Shown: positions 46,483-55,084 of the stretch, piece after piece
How the letters are laid out: each line of letters opens with the position of its first letter
How positions within the stretch are numbered: the first letter of the stretch is position 1
Origin: a virus
Taxonomy: Duplodnaviria; Caudoviricetes
Strand: one strand, 5' to 3'
Virus record (IMG/VR): IMGVR_UViG_3300044632_000832
Location: 1 to 56,536 of that record
Length of the DNA stretch: 56,536 nt
Position numbers and translations under genes: made by a program
Notes under the pieces: model-generated
Seen by the model: the letters and a program-made list of their open reading frames with translations, nothing else
Told to the model about the DNA's origin: nothing
The model's database searches: none

Positions 46483-46511
46483 ATTATACGCAACCGTCTA
46501 TCGAATGTCAA
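46483..46511 (-). promoter_or_regulatory. Perfect-consensus sigma70 promoter
   Basis: TTGACA-N17-TATAAT on - strand. Confidence 0.85.
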
Positions 46512-46719
46512 CGACAACCGTGTCGCCTTCGACATCGAACTTCCCGCTCTCCATGACGACATCCCAGTCCACGGTGGGGGTGCCAGCAGCCTCGCTGTCC
46601 CAGCACCGGAGAACCTCCCGCAGCGTGGGCCTCATGGACTGGTCAGGCCAGTTGTAGTGAACGAAGCGGAAGATCCCAGGTGCATTGACCAGTTCGGTAG
46701 AACGAAATTCAAGTCTCAT
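46498..46719 (-). CDS. Hypothetical protein
   Basis: AGGAG RBS; abutting neighbours. Confidence 0.5.
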   Translation of the reverse strand: MRLEFRSTELVNAPGIFRFVHYNWPDQSMRPTLREVLRCWDSEAAGTPTVDWDVVMESGKFDVEGDTVVVDIR

Positions 46720-46730
46720 TGCCGTTGCTC

Positions 46731-47225
46731 CTATGAAAGTGTTATTCCATCCAGCGGGCCACTGACCAGCCAGATCCACGACTCATCCAATTCCTTGCCG
46801 GACACAGGCTTTCCTGCGTAGGTCATCCATGTCCTGGTGTCCTGGCTCAACCATCTCTTCCCTGGGACGACGTAGCATTCGGAATCCTCGTCCCAGTGGG
46901 CTACCAGGTGACCATCCACTCCTTCCACAAAGGACCAGTGCAGGACACCTGCCTCGCCGATCATCTGTCCAGCAATAAACAAGTCCGAAGCCTCTGACAA
47001 GACGACTGGACTGGAGCCGCCAGCGTTGAACCCAGGCACGGTGCCAAGCATCTCCAGCAGCCTGGTAAGGAGACCGCTTTCTGCTGCGATGTCCTCGCGG
47101 TCCACCAGAGCCTCGGCGGCTGATCGCAGGTCGCCTCCCGGCATACTATCTATGGCAGACATGACATCTCTCCAGAAGTCCTCCTTCTGAAAGAGAGGGT
47201 TGATGTGCATCATCTCTACGGACAT
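46731..47225 (-). CDS. Hypothetical protein
   Basis: Tightly packed - strand ORF. Confidence 0.55.
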   Translation of the reverse strand: MSVEMMHINPLFQKEDFWRDVMSAIDSMPGGDLRSAAEALVDREDIAAESGLLTRLLEMLGTVPGFNAGGSSPVVLSEASDLFIAGQMIGEAGVLHWSFVEGVDGHLVAHWDEDSECYVVPGKRWLSQDTRTWMTYAGKPVSGKELDESWIWLVSGPLDGITLS

Positions 47226-47228
47226 GGT

Positions 47229-47801
47229 TTACCCCTGGTACTTTAGGATCTGATCTCGCAGTGCTTTCGCATTGTCGTGTTCTGTGCAACGGCACGCTAC
47301 CCGGATGTACGGCACGTTCATCGAGTGGTAGGCAGGAACAACCTTGGGGAAGTCCCACTCACCGGGCCGCAGCAGCACACATCCCTCCTCGCTGCTCATG
47401 CGATCCAGCAGTGCCTCCACCCAGTGTCGCCCCAGGTCGCTCGGAAAGAAGCCTGACTCCATGATATCCGAGACCAGATCTTCGTAACTCTCGCAGGAAT
47501 CTTCTCGCTCAGCGTGATCCTCAGCCTGCTCGTGGATCCACGCTTCGTCCGCGCTGACCTGGCTCCGGCTCTCGTTGCCGAGGTCATCACCGGAGGACCA
47601 TCGAAAGCCAACGATGCCAGCCACCTCGGCCCGCTCCACCCAAACACAGCCGCTTGCCATCCGATTCGGACCACGCTGCGTGGGGTCAACCACGCAGTAA
47701 GTGATCTCGCGGATGATAAACCACTCTGCTCCATCGAACAGTTCGTTGAGGTCCAGCCCTGCCTCGATCAGCAGGTCAATGTCAATTTTCTTCATTTTCA
47801 T
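47229..47801 (-). CDS. Acidic hypothetical protein
   Basis: ACAAGGAG RBS. Confidence 0.55.
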   Translation of the reverse strand: MKMKKIDIDLLIEAGLDLNELFDGAEWFIIREITYCVVDPTQRGPNRMASGCVWVERAEVAGIVGFRWSSGDDLGNESRSQVSADEAWIHEQAEDHAEREDSCESYEDLVSDIMESGFFPSDLGRHWVEALLDRMSSEEGCVLLRPGEWDFPKVVPAYHSMNVPYIRVACRCTEHDNAKALRDQILKYQG

Positions 47802-48042
47802 TCTCCTTGTTGCTTCCAATGTGCATGGTCAATCGCACAGGAGGTTCCATGAACTCCGCCATGTAGCTGACGCGAGTACTTTCGCCCGTGTCGCGGGGCA
47901 GTCGACCATCTTCAAGTGCAGCAGAAGCGGCCTGCGCGATCTCCAACCACTCCCGAAGCGGCTCATCAGCGAACCACTTGGTTTGTCCCATCGGCTGACC
48001 GTCTAACGTCTCTGCGATCAGCGTCATGCGCCATTTAGCCAT
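47782..48042 (-). CDS. Hypothetical protein
   Basis: CAAGGAG RBS. Confidence 0.55.
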   Translation of the reverse strand: MAKWRMTLIAETLDGQPMGQTKWFADEPLREWLEIAQAASAALEDGRLPRDTGESTRVSYMAEFMEPPVRLTMHIGSNKENENEEN

Positions 48043-48340
48043 TGCCGCTCTCCTTGGTCAGTGGTGGACTGTCTGAACCCAATTTGGACCCGAGGCCGTA
48101 GCCCCTGTCGTAGCCGAGTTGATACCCAGCCACATAATCCTCGATTCGCTTGAGCGATGACTGCGAGCCGGTCACCCAGAGGTGCGCCATGTCGCCATTG
48201 GGCGAGTAATGCCACTCTGCGTCGACGTTCAGCTTGTGATCCCACACGAAATCTCCCACCAGGTCTGCGGTGACCTCTCGGTGGAGGATGGGTACGGTAA
48301 TGACTCGGTGAGTCAGCCAGTTAGTACGGCCAGTTGGCAT
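48035..48340 (-). CDS. Hypothetical protein
   Basis: CAAGGAGAAAGACAATG leader. Confidence 0.55.
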   Translation of the reverse strand: MPTGRTNWLTHRVITVPILHREVTADLVGDFVWDHKLNVDAEWHYSPNGDMAHLWVTGSQSSLKRIEDYVAGYQLGYDRGYGLGSKLGSDSPPLTKESGNG

Positions 48341-48368
48341 TGTCTTTCTCCTTGCGTTGTTGTTGAGA

Positions 48369-48614
48369 CTACCAGTAAAGATGACCGTCGACGACCGTAG
48401 CAGGACATGCCTTGCCATCCTCATCGTGCCAGCCGTTGACGTTGCACATGCGGACCTCGTACCGCTTCGAGGTCTTGCGGACCTGAACCACCTGCACGCC
48501 GCCATGGGATGCCGGATTGCAGTCCTCGTGATTGACGCACCCACTAAATGGGTGGTTGTGGACGACCGTCTGCCACTTCGATGAGACAGAGGCGGGAAGC
48601 TTGACGCTGTTCAT
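48369..48614 (-). CDS. Hypothetical protein
   Basis: CAAGGAGAAGACAATG leader. Confidence 0.55.
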   Translation of the reverse strand: MNSVKLPASVSSKWQTVVHNHPFSGCVNHEDCNPASHGGVQVVQVRKTSKRYEVRMCNVNGWHDEDGKACPATVVDGHLYW

Positions 48615-48637
48615 TGTCTTCTCCTTGCTGCCTGAAA

Positions 48638-49105
48638 CTACTTGTCGCCTGCAGCACGCTGCCGCAGGGCGGTGATGATCTCATTCTTGTCGACACTGCT
48701 CACACCGGGGATCAGTTCTACCAGCAGGTGTTTGAGGCGGTCGTCAACCTCTACCTCGCCAGAGGCGAGTGCTTCGGCATAGTACTCGCAGTCATCCAGC
48801 TGCGAGGCGTTGTCCTGGAACTCGATTTCGTATCGGATCACATCGTTCAGCTTCTCGGCCAGCTCCTGCTGATCAGGAGTAGCTCCCTTCCGGTAGGCCA
48901 CGAAGCCGCAGCGGTCATACACCTGATCGTACTTACCTCCGTTCCAGTTTCGGAACAGGGAGTCATAGGTGTACACGATACGGCTCTCGTCACAGAAGTC
49001 ACGGACGACATCGTAGACGCCATCCACATCGATCCCGGTTCCAGAGTAGGCCATGTAGGTTCCGTCAATCAACATCTCCACGTTCGCACACACTACCAGG
49101 TTCAT
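48638..49105 (-). CDS. Acidic hypothetical protein
   Basis: ATGA-coupled to upstream gene. Confidence 0.55.
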   Translation of the reverse strand: MNLVVCANVEMLIDGTYMAYSGTGIDVDGVYDVVRDFCDESRIVYTYDSLFRNWNGGKYDQVYDRCGFVAYRKGATPDQQELAEKLNDVIRYEIEFQDNASQLDDCEYYAEALASGEVEVDDRLKHLLVELIPGVSSVDKNEIITALRQRAAGDK

Positions 49106-49446
49106 TGCGATTCCCTTTCCTTCTCGCGTGCCATGGACTCTTCGACGCTGCGTTCGATCATGCCAGCCACTCGCCGCATGAACTGTTTCCTGGTCATCGT
49201 GTCGGCATTGGTCACCAGATAGTGCCAGTTCTTGATGCAATCAAACTCAGTGAATTCCTTGGCGACATCCAAAACATTGGCATGCCCCAGGTAGCGGATG
49301 CGGAAAATCCACTCGTTGACATTGCCCATGTGGATCTGTGATAGGCCAACGTGCATGCTCATCATCACGAGATCGCGAACGATCTCCTCTTCCACTTTTC
49401 CGATGGGCTTGCGATTGCAATTCTCCCAACTGTACATGAGCGGCAT
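49102..49446 (-). CDS. Hypothetical protein
   Basis: ACAAGGAG leader; MPL.Y.W...VGL..I...N..EW..R...L.TNA motif. Confidence 0.6.
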   Translation of the reverse strand: MPLMYSWENCNRKPIGKVEEEIVRDLVMMSMHVGLSQIHMGNVNEWIFRIRYLGHANVLDVAKEFTEFDCIKNWHYLVTNADTMTRKQFMRRVAGMIERSVEESMAREKERESQ

Positions 49447-49460
49447 TGTCTTTCTCCTTG

Positions 49461-50636
49461 TTAACTGATCTTGCAACGGGTCAGAATCGTCTGCTTGCCG
49501 TACTTCTCGTGTTCATTCCTGTCCTTGACCGTGCCTGACACAAGCACATCGTCGCCACTCTGGTACTCGTGCAGGCCAGTTGCGAACCACACCAGTGGGT
49601 ACTGGTTGTCATCGTCTTCAGCCACCATGCTGATGATGGTGGTCAGGCCACCCATGTAGCCAGGGATCACCTTCGTCCGCAGCACCTTGGCGGGCAGGCT
49701 CTTCACTTTATCTCCATCGACCCACTCCTTGGGCTTGTGCTGCTTCAACTCCCGCTCGACCCGCTCCTGCGTGGCCCGCTGCCAGGCGGGAATCGCGCTG
49801 GCAATGTAGCCCAGCTGCTTGTCCTCGACGACCTGCTGCTGACACAGCAGGGCAAGGTTGCGAGTGTACTCCTTGTCGCTGTCGATATGCTCCAGGCACC
49901 AAGCAATCGTGCTGCTGGCAATCTCCACATCGGTGTCATCGGTAACCAGCTGGCCCGACTCCTTGATGTACTTCTCAGGCTTCCGCAGCCAGTACCACAT
50001 CAGGCTGCTGGTGGACTCTGTCTCGTTCTGGTCCGCCATCGCACGGCTGACCCAGCCATGTTTCCTGATCAGTGCAGACGCAGCCACCAGTGCCTGCATC
50101 GGGGTGAGCAGCACTTCCATCATGCCGCCCGAGAGATAGTCGTCGCCACGCAGCTTGAACTCGTCGAACCAGTACGACAGGTTGACCTGCTGCCCCTCGC
50201 ATCCGAGGAAGTCAGCCAAACAGTTTCGACCAACCGCCATCTCGTGGCCGTCGCCATCCCGCAGGATCACGAGGTCGTTGCGTTTCCGCTTCTTGTCGCA
50301 GTGCTGGCACTTATTGCCCCAGGTTCGCCACTTGGGGTCAACAGCGTCGACGCCTGGCACGCAGTGGACAAGGTTGCCGCCATCGACCGGCTCGATCCTT
50401 GCCACCACATCCCAGCCGTTGATGTGTGGAGTCGAGCCGCAGACCGTCACCTTGTAGACACTGAACTGCTTGTCGTTCTGAAACTCGCCACCCCAGAACG
50501 GGATCACCGCAACCAGCAGACTCTCGATAGTTGGGGGTGCTTGACCCAGCCTGATCGCCTTGGTCGCGTGCTTCGCCACTCGATCTTGCAGCCGCTCAAC
50601 GCCACGGCTGCCTGCGTACACCACTTGCTTAGACAT
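49461..50636 (-). CDS. Phage protein with Zn-binding motif and C-terminal OB-fold-like domain
   Basis: CQHC..R.R...VGRNCLADF; VSGTVK...YGKQTILTRCK. Confidence 0.7.
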   Translation of the reverse strand: MSKQVVYAGSRGVERLQDRVAKHATKAIRLGQAPPTIESLLVAVIPFWGGEFQNDKQFSVYKVTVCGSTPHINGWDVVARIEPVDGGNLVHCVPGVDAVDPKWRTWGNKCQHCDKKRKRNDLVILRDGDGHEMAVGRNCLADFLGCEGQQVNLSYWFDEFKLRGDDYLSGGMMEVLLTPMQALVAASALIRKHGWVSRAMADQNETESTSSLMWYWLRKPEKYIKESGQLVTDDTDVEIASSTIAWCLEHIDSDKEYTRNLALLCQQQVVEDKQLGYIASAIPAWQRATQERVERELKQHKPKEWVDGDKVKSLPAKVLRTKVIPGYMGGLTTIISMVAEDDDNQYPLVWFATGLHEYQSGDDVLVSGTVKDRNEHEKYGKQTILTRCKIS

Positions 50637-50671
50637 TGTCGTCTCCTTGTGCGTGCATTGTAAGGGAACCG

Positions 50672-50998
50672 CTATTGGCCGTCAACGCCAAGTGAGGAAA
50701 TTTCGTTGTCGATGAACTCCCACGCCTTCCACGCCCTGTCGAATCGTCGACTGTTGTTGTGGATGTCGAGGTTGCTGCACTCGTCGCAGTCGCGACCACA
50801 ATGCTCATCATGCGAGTCACAGAACAGACCGCGAATCTCGTCCAGCTCTTCCAGCGTGTAGAAGTTTCCGCTGCGTTTGACCAGTGCAACCATCTCATCG
50901 GTGATCGTATCTGAGCCCGCATTGCGGTCGATGACATACCGCAACGTCTTCTTGCTGATGCCCAGGTCGTCCTGAAGGTGATACTTCCTACTCATCAT
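50672..50998 (-). CDS. Hypothetical protein with Cys/His cluster
   Basis: CDSHDEHCGRDCDEC. Confidence 0.5.
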   Translation of the reverse strand: MMSRKYHLQDDLGISKKTLRYVIDRNAGSDTITDEMVALVKRSGNFYTLEELDEIRGLFCDSHDEHCGRDCDECSNLDIHNNSRRFDRAWKAWEFIDNEISSLGVDGQ

Positions 50999-51530
50999 CT
51001 TGCTCCATTGGTTGAAGGATCTTTTCGCCCTTGAAGTAGACGTTGCCCTGATCGTCGCAGATCCAGAAGTGCAGCGTGATCGGGCCGTCGTCATTCAGCC
51101 AGTACCAGTAGTCGCCAGCGTACAGGTTGCACGCCTTCTCTACATCAACACCCTGCTCGAACATGTCCGCCGTCGCGAACTCATCGCGGTAGTTGACTGC
51201 GATGCGGGTGGACTCCTCATCCTGCTCGATGCACCACTTGCACACCGGCTCAACGAGGTTCTCGATATTGGCTGTGTAGTCGGCAATCAGCACCCAATCT
51301 TCGTTGCCGAAGACGAGGTAGACGTAGCCCCAACACTGCTTGCTTGTGCCATGATGAACAGTCAACCACTGCTCCGAGGTGCTGCCCATCTCGTTCAGCA
51401 CCGCATCTCTGTCGGTGCTGTTGTGGTCCAGTGCCAACTGGTCACCGCCATCGTCGATGTTGAGCGTGTACCCAGCACGGAGGAATGTATCTACCAGTCG
51501 CTCACACGTCGCACGTTCACTTGGCTTCAT
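50988..51530 (-). CDS. Hypothetical protein
   Basis: AAGGAG RBS; DDG......GYVYLVFGN....IADYT motif. Confidence 0.6.
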   Translation of the reverse strand: MKPSERATCERLVDTFLRAGYTLNIDDGGDQLALDHNSTDRDAVLNEMGSTSEQWLTVHHGTSKQCWGYVYLVFGNEDWVLIADYTANIENLVEPVCKWCIEQDEESTRIAVNYRDEFATADMFEQGVDVEKACNLYAGDYWYWLNDDGPITLHFWICDDQGNVYFKGEKILQPMEQDDE

Positions 51531-51714
51531 TGCTGATCTCCTTTGCCATCTTGAGAATTCGTGCCTGCGTCCGCTTGCTGATGCTGTGCAGCGTGACGTA
51601 ATACCCAGCCACTGAGTCATACACTCGGACCGTGTCGCCATCGACCGCGATCCTGTTCATCCGCACCCCCTCACCAGAGAAGGCGCGGCATCGGACGTTG
51701 AGATACTTTGTCAT
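51517..51714 (-). CDS. Hypothetical protein
   Basis: AAGGAG RBS; DGDTVRVYDSVAGYYVTLHS motif. Confidence 0.6.
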   Translation of the reverse strand: MTKYLNVRCRAFSGEGVRMNRIAVDGDTVRVYDSVAGYYVTLHSISKRTQARILKMAKEISNEAK

Positions 51715-51738
51715 TGCATTCTCCTTTGTGAATCTGAT

Positions 51739-52344
51739 CTACTTCTGTCCCCAGTTGTTGACGACCTGGTGATTCCAGCCACGCCGCCACAGGTCGGTCG
51801 CCTGCTGCCACGCCTCAGCCAACCGCTCTCTCCACCCGGTCATGCCCATCAGTACACCGAACCCGGAGTCGCTCTTGACCATCAGCCGCTCCCCCTTCTG
51901 GTCGACGATGAGCCAGGCGGACCCTTCGTCCCCTTCGATGGCGGCGAGCATCGCACGCAGGGCTTTGATCTCGACGAGGATGGTAGCCATCTCCGAGACA
52001 TCCTCAGGGACAACGGTCGGAGCGTTGGGATACCGCCCGATGTCACCGCCGCCAGTCTTTACGGTTTCGCCAACACGCACCCGCACACTGCGAGATTCGC
52101 CCGAGCCGGTGATCTCGACCGTGTGCTTCTTGGCTGGCATGATCTTGGGTTCGATGCGAGCCGACCAGTCTTCACCCACGTCAGTGCCGATGGCATGAGT
52201 CGCCACGGTCAAGGCCTTGCCATCGGTTGCGGTGAACGCCACCGCATCACCCGCCGGAGTGACGATGACACTCGACAGGCTACCGTACCTCTCGCTCTCG
52301 CCAACCAGCTTCGCGATCCCGTTGTTCTTGCATTCGATCTTCAT
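51739..52344 (-). CDS. Truncated DNA polymerase III beta-clamp-like protein
   Basis: TATDGKAL (cf. ATDG.RL), GRYPN...VVP (cf. G.FPDY..VIP), C-terminal GVLMGM; ~200 aa. Confidence 0.6.
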   Translation of the reverse strand: MKIECKNNGIAKLVGESERYGSLSSVIVTPAGDAVAFTATDGKALTVATHAIGTDVGEDWSARIEPKIMPAKKHTVEITGSGESRSVRVRVGETVKTGGGDIGRYPNAPTVVPEDVSEMATILVEIKALRAMLAAIEGDEGSAWLIVDQKGERLMVKSDSGFGVLMGMTGWRERLAEAWQQATDLWRRGWNHQVVNNWGQK

Positions 52345-52366
52345 GGTCATTCTCCTTTGTGTTGGT

Positions 52367-52594
52367 TTAGTTGAGTTCACCACAGGCCGCGAACCCCGTC
52401 GCCCAGTCGTCGAGCCTACGCATCGCCTGCGGGTAAGCGCGGGCTTGCAGCATTCGCCATTCGCCATCGCCCGTCACCCGAAAGTCACACCTGATCTTGT
52501 TCTGCTCGACGAACTCGGAGAACAGAGCCATCAGCCGGTCTTCCTGCGAGGAAGGGAAGAAGAGGATTCGTCGCATCGGTTCTTTCGTTGCCAT
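52367..52594 (-). CDS. Hypothetical protein
   Basis: AAAGGGTGTGGCAATG leader. Confidence 0.55.
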   Translation of the reverse strand: MATKEPMRRILFFPSSQEDRLMALFSEFVEQNKIRCDFRVTGDGEWRMLQARAYPQAMRRLDDWATGFAACGELN

Positions 52595-52614
52595 TGCCAC
52601 ACCCTTTCGCTTTG

Positions 52615-52944
52615 TTAGCAGTCGCTCGACACATGGAACATCACAGCACCCAGAAGCGGCACATCACCCCGACCGATGCTTTGCAACACCCGGTGCATCT
52701 CGGTCTCCGACAGGGAAACCGTGTCGCTGGCGATCCGACCGACACGCAACGCACCAGAGTGGCCGATGAAGTACTTGTTGGGGTTGGGATCGCCCAGCAC
52801 CAGAGAACCATCAGCAGCGCGGCACACCTTGTACCCGCCCGAATAGCAGAGGTACTTATTCGACTTGCTGGTGGTGTCCAGCCGATGCCCCGCCGCCATC
52901 AGGCCTTGGATGGTCGCTTGCTTTCCAGAGATTTTCTTAGCCAT
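52615..52944 (-). CDS. Hypothetical basic protein
   Basis: GCAAAGGGTTTGACAATG leader; YFIGHSGALRVGR motif. Confidence 0.6.
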   Translation of the reverse strand: MAKKISGKQATIQGLMAAGHRLDTTSKSNKYLCYSGGYKVCRAADGSLVLGDPNPNKYFIGHSGALRVGRIASDTVSLSETEMHRVLQSIGRGDVPLLGAVMFHVSSDC

Positions 52945-52982
52945 TGTCAAACCCTTTGCTGAAACAACAGAACCGGAGCAGC

Positions 52983-53027
52983 ACACACTAGGCAGCACGC
53001 CGAACTGGTCGAGGTGCTGCCCGATAC
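52983..53027 (-). repeat. Intergenic hairpin element, copy 1
   Basis: GGCAGCAC...GTGCTGCC stem; near-identical to 53409-53453. Confidence 0.85.
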
Positions 53028-53055
53028 GGGCTGGTCGAGCGGGCGAGGTGGGCGA

Positions 53056-53355
53056 CTAGGTAGCCCGATAGTCTGCTGGGTAGCGTGCCAATTCAGCCTT
53101 GCGTTTCATCTCGCGGTGTTCCGCAGCCCGCCAGTCGAGCGTTTCCATCCCGTGTCCGAAGTCTTTGCACCTAGCACAAGCGGCCTTGGAACCGTGGACA
53201 TACAGAATTCCACGTTCTCCATCACCGGGGTACGACCACTCAAAGGTCACCCGCAACTTGTTCACCCTAGCGAAAACATCCATCTGGAATTCGACGATAT
53301 CAACATTGGACGAGATGAAGCAGCCACAGAACCGAACAGTCTTGACCGTAGCCAT
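53056..53355 (-). CDS. Hypothetical protein
   Basis: GCAAAGGGTTAGACAATG leader. Confidence 0.55.
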   Translation of the reverse strand: MATVKTVRFCGCFISSNVDIVEFQMDVFARVNKLRVTFEWSYPGDGERGILYVHGSKAACARCKDFGHGMETLDWRAAEHREMKRKAELARYPADYRAT

Positions 53356-53375
53356 TGTCTAACCCTTTGCCATTG

Positions 53376-53407
53376 AGGAACAGGAACAGGAACAGGAACA
53401 GGAACAG
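53376..53407. repeat. Tandem hexamer (AGGAAC)x5
   Basis: Direct reading of sequence. Confidence 0.9.
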
Positions 53408-53408
53408 T

Positions 53409-53453
53409 ACACACTAGGCAGCACGCCCATCTGGTGGAGGTGCTGCCCGATAC
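53409..53453 (-). repeat. Intergenic hairpin element, copy 2
   Basis: Matches 52983-53027 with a compensatory base-pair change. Confidence 0.85.
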
Positions 53454-53475
53454 ACACTGTCCGAGGCTGGTTGTC

Positions 53476-54261
53476 CTATCGCGAGTACTCAAAATTCACG
53501 CCCGCCTTGCGGAGCCGGTACACCGCCTTACCCGCCTCGGAACCCTTCGGCTGCGTCCCGTGGATCAGGAGCGCGAAGGTTCCCTTGTCGGGGTTAGCGG
53601 CATGGCTGTCGTCGTGGTCGATTTCCAGGCCGAGCCGTTCCGCCTCTTCGACCGAGTACACCACCACCGAGTGCTTTAGCCCATACTCCTCGATCATGTC
53701 GTCGCGTCGCCCGCCCTTGCTGGCCGTCAGGCTGAGGTTGGCGGGGATCTTCCCCATCATGTCGATCCAGTAGGGGAGCGACTTGGTGTAGGCGTAGAAG
53801 TGGCGGTCCGGGTGACATTGTGCCACCGAAATCCACGCCCTGAAGTAGGCGGGGCTGAAGAAATCCCCGCTCACATGGATTCGTACAATCCCCGCATCAT
53901 CGGGCAGGGCTTCTAGGATCTGGTCGACCATCGCATCGACGGTGTGACAATCCCGCAGGATGTCGAAGTTACCCTTGCGGAGCCGGTACACGTTCGGATA
54001 GCTCACTTCCTCAGAGGCGGAGAAGCATCGGAACACGGTGTCTGGCCCATCCTGCACCCGGACGGTATCGACACCGTCCACCGTCACGGGGACTGCCCGA
54101 CTCATGCACTCGTTGGCGAAGGGACAGGCCCATCCTGCCAACGTATCGAACGAGTACACCTTGCGTCGCCCGTGGGCAGCCGTGGGCTGCAGGTACTTCT
54201 GCGCCCATTCAGCCTTCGCGAGACGACGCAACTTGGCATTGGCATTGGAAAACTTCAGCAT
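53476..54261 (-). CDS. Gp88-family (radical-SAM-like) phage protein, first clear early gene
   Basis: NAKL, AGWACPFANEC...CFSA, VRIHVSGDFFS..Y..AW, FYAYTKS. Confidence 0.75.
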   Translation of the reverse strand: MLKFSNANAKLRRLAKAEWAQKYLQPTAAHGRRKVYSFDTLAGWACPFANECMSRAVPVTVDGVDTVRVQDGPDTVFRCFSASEEVSYPNVYRLRKGNFDILRDCHTVDAMVDQILEALPDDAGIVRIHVSGDFFSPAYFRAWISVAQCHPDRHFYAYTKSLPYWIDMMGKIPANLSLTASKGGRRDDMIEEYGLKHSVVVYSVEEAERLGLEIDHDDSHAANPDKGTFALLIHGTQPKGSEAGKAVYRLRKAGVNFEYSR

Positions 54262-54729
54262 TGTCTAACCCTTTGCTATCAAGGAAAACTGGAAGAACAT
54301 ATAGCTGACCACGGGATATTTTTTCCCCGTGGGCAGTTAATACCCTTACGAGTGTTAACCTGATTTAGCTAACGGCGGGCTTTGTGCATCGTCGGTAGGA
54401 ACACCTACCTAGCACCCCCATGGCTCATCACCGCGCCACCCCCCTATTCCCCCCGTTACACGGAATCACCATAAGGTGCCGATTGCCGTATCCCCATCAT
54501 GCCAACAATCGAGTGCATCACTAGCCCGATTGAGATGGGTACGCGCCGGTTCAATAGTCCGATCTGCGCTTGCCGTATCGAATTGCCAAAGATCTATGCG
54601 TCTGAACGTCTGTGGTCCAGTACGGATTCCAAGCGAGAGGGATCCCTCGTATGGAAACTGGTCGAACGTCATCACGACGGTGACCGCAACTAATGGAAAC
54701 GCCGGTATTGCTTCCCACCAGATGCTCTC

Positions 54730-54758
54730 ATTATAGCCTATCGAAGGTAGCTTGTCTA
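54730..54758 (-). promoter_or_regulatory. Early promoter P1
   Basis: TAGACA-N17-TATAAT. Confidence 0.8.
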
Positions 54759-54844
54759 CCCCTAGCTTTCCGTTCCCTGTCTAGCCATTCAAGGGACTAG
54801 GGAAGTACTTGCTTGGTGGGGTTATCACCACTATCGATCCGCTC

Positions 54845-54873
54845 ATTCTACTCTATCTGCTATCGACTGTCAA
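54845..54873 (-). promoter_or_regulatory. Early promoter P2
   Basis: TTGACA-N17-TAGAAT. Confidence 0.85.
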
Positions 54874-54959
54874 GTGTCATGGTTCGTTTCGTTCACCCCG
54901 TCAAGCCATTCAAGGGACTGGAGGAAGCTTGAACCCTGTACCGTACTGTCGATCCGCTC

Positions 54960-54988
54960 ATTGTACCGTATGGGCTATTGGCCGTCAA
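54960..54988 (-). promoter_or_regulatory. Early promoter P3
   Basis: TTGACG-N17-TACAAT. Confidence 0.8.
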
Positions 54989-55084
54989 TCGGTCTTGGTC
55001 ATTTTGTTCGCCCCACCGAACCATTCAAGGGGTGGGGGGAAGCTTGAACCACGAACCACAACGAACCATTCACCCAACACTATC

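Noticed and set aside
53376-53407. CsrB-like sponge RNA from the ACAGGA repeats
   Set aside because: The GGA motifs are on the non-transcribed strand, have no hairpin context, and no + strand promoter was seen.
701-54261. Stop-codon reassignment or selenocysteine use linked to the Cys richness
   Set aside because: Genes are full length and tightly packed under the standard code, and TAA, TAG and TGA all serve as stops at gene overlaps.
47000-54300. Integron-like cassette array served by the tyrosine recombinase
   Set aside because: Only two hairpin copies were found, with no attC RYYYAAC/GTTRRRY ends. Most genes abut or overlap, and the recombinase lacks the IntI insertion.
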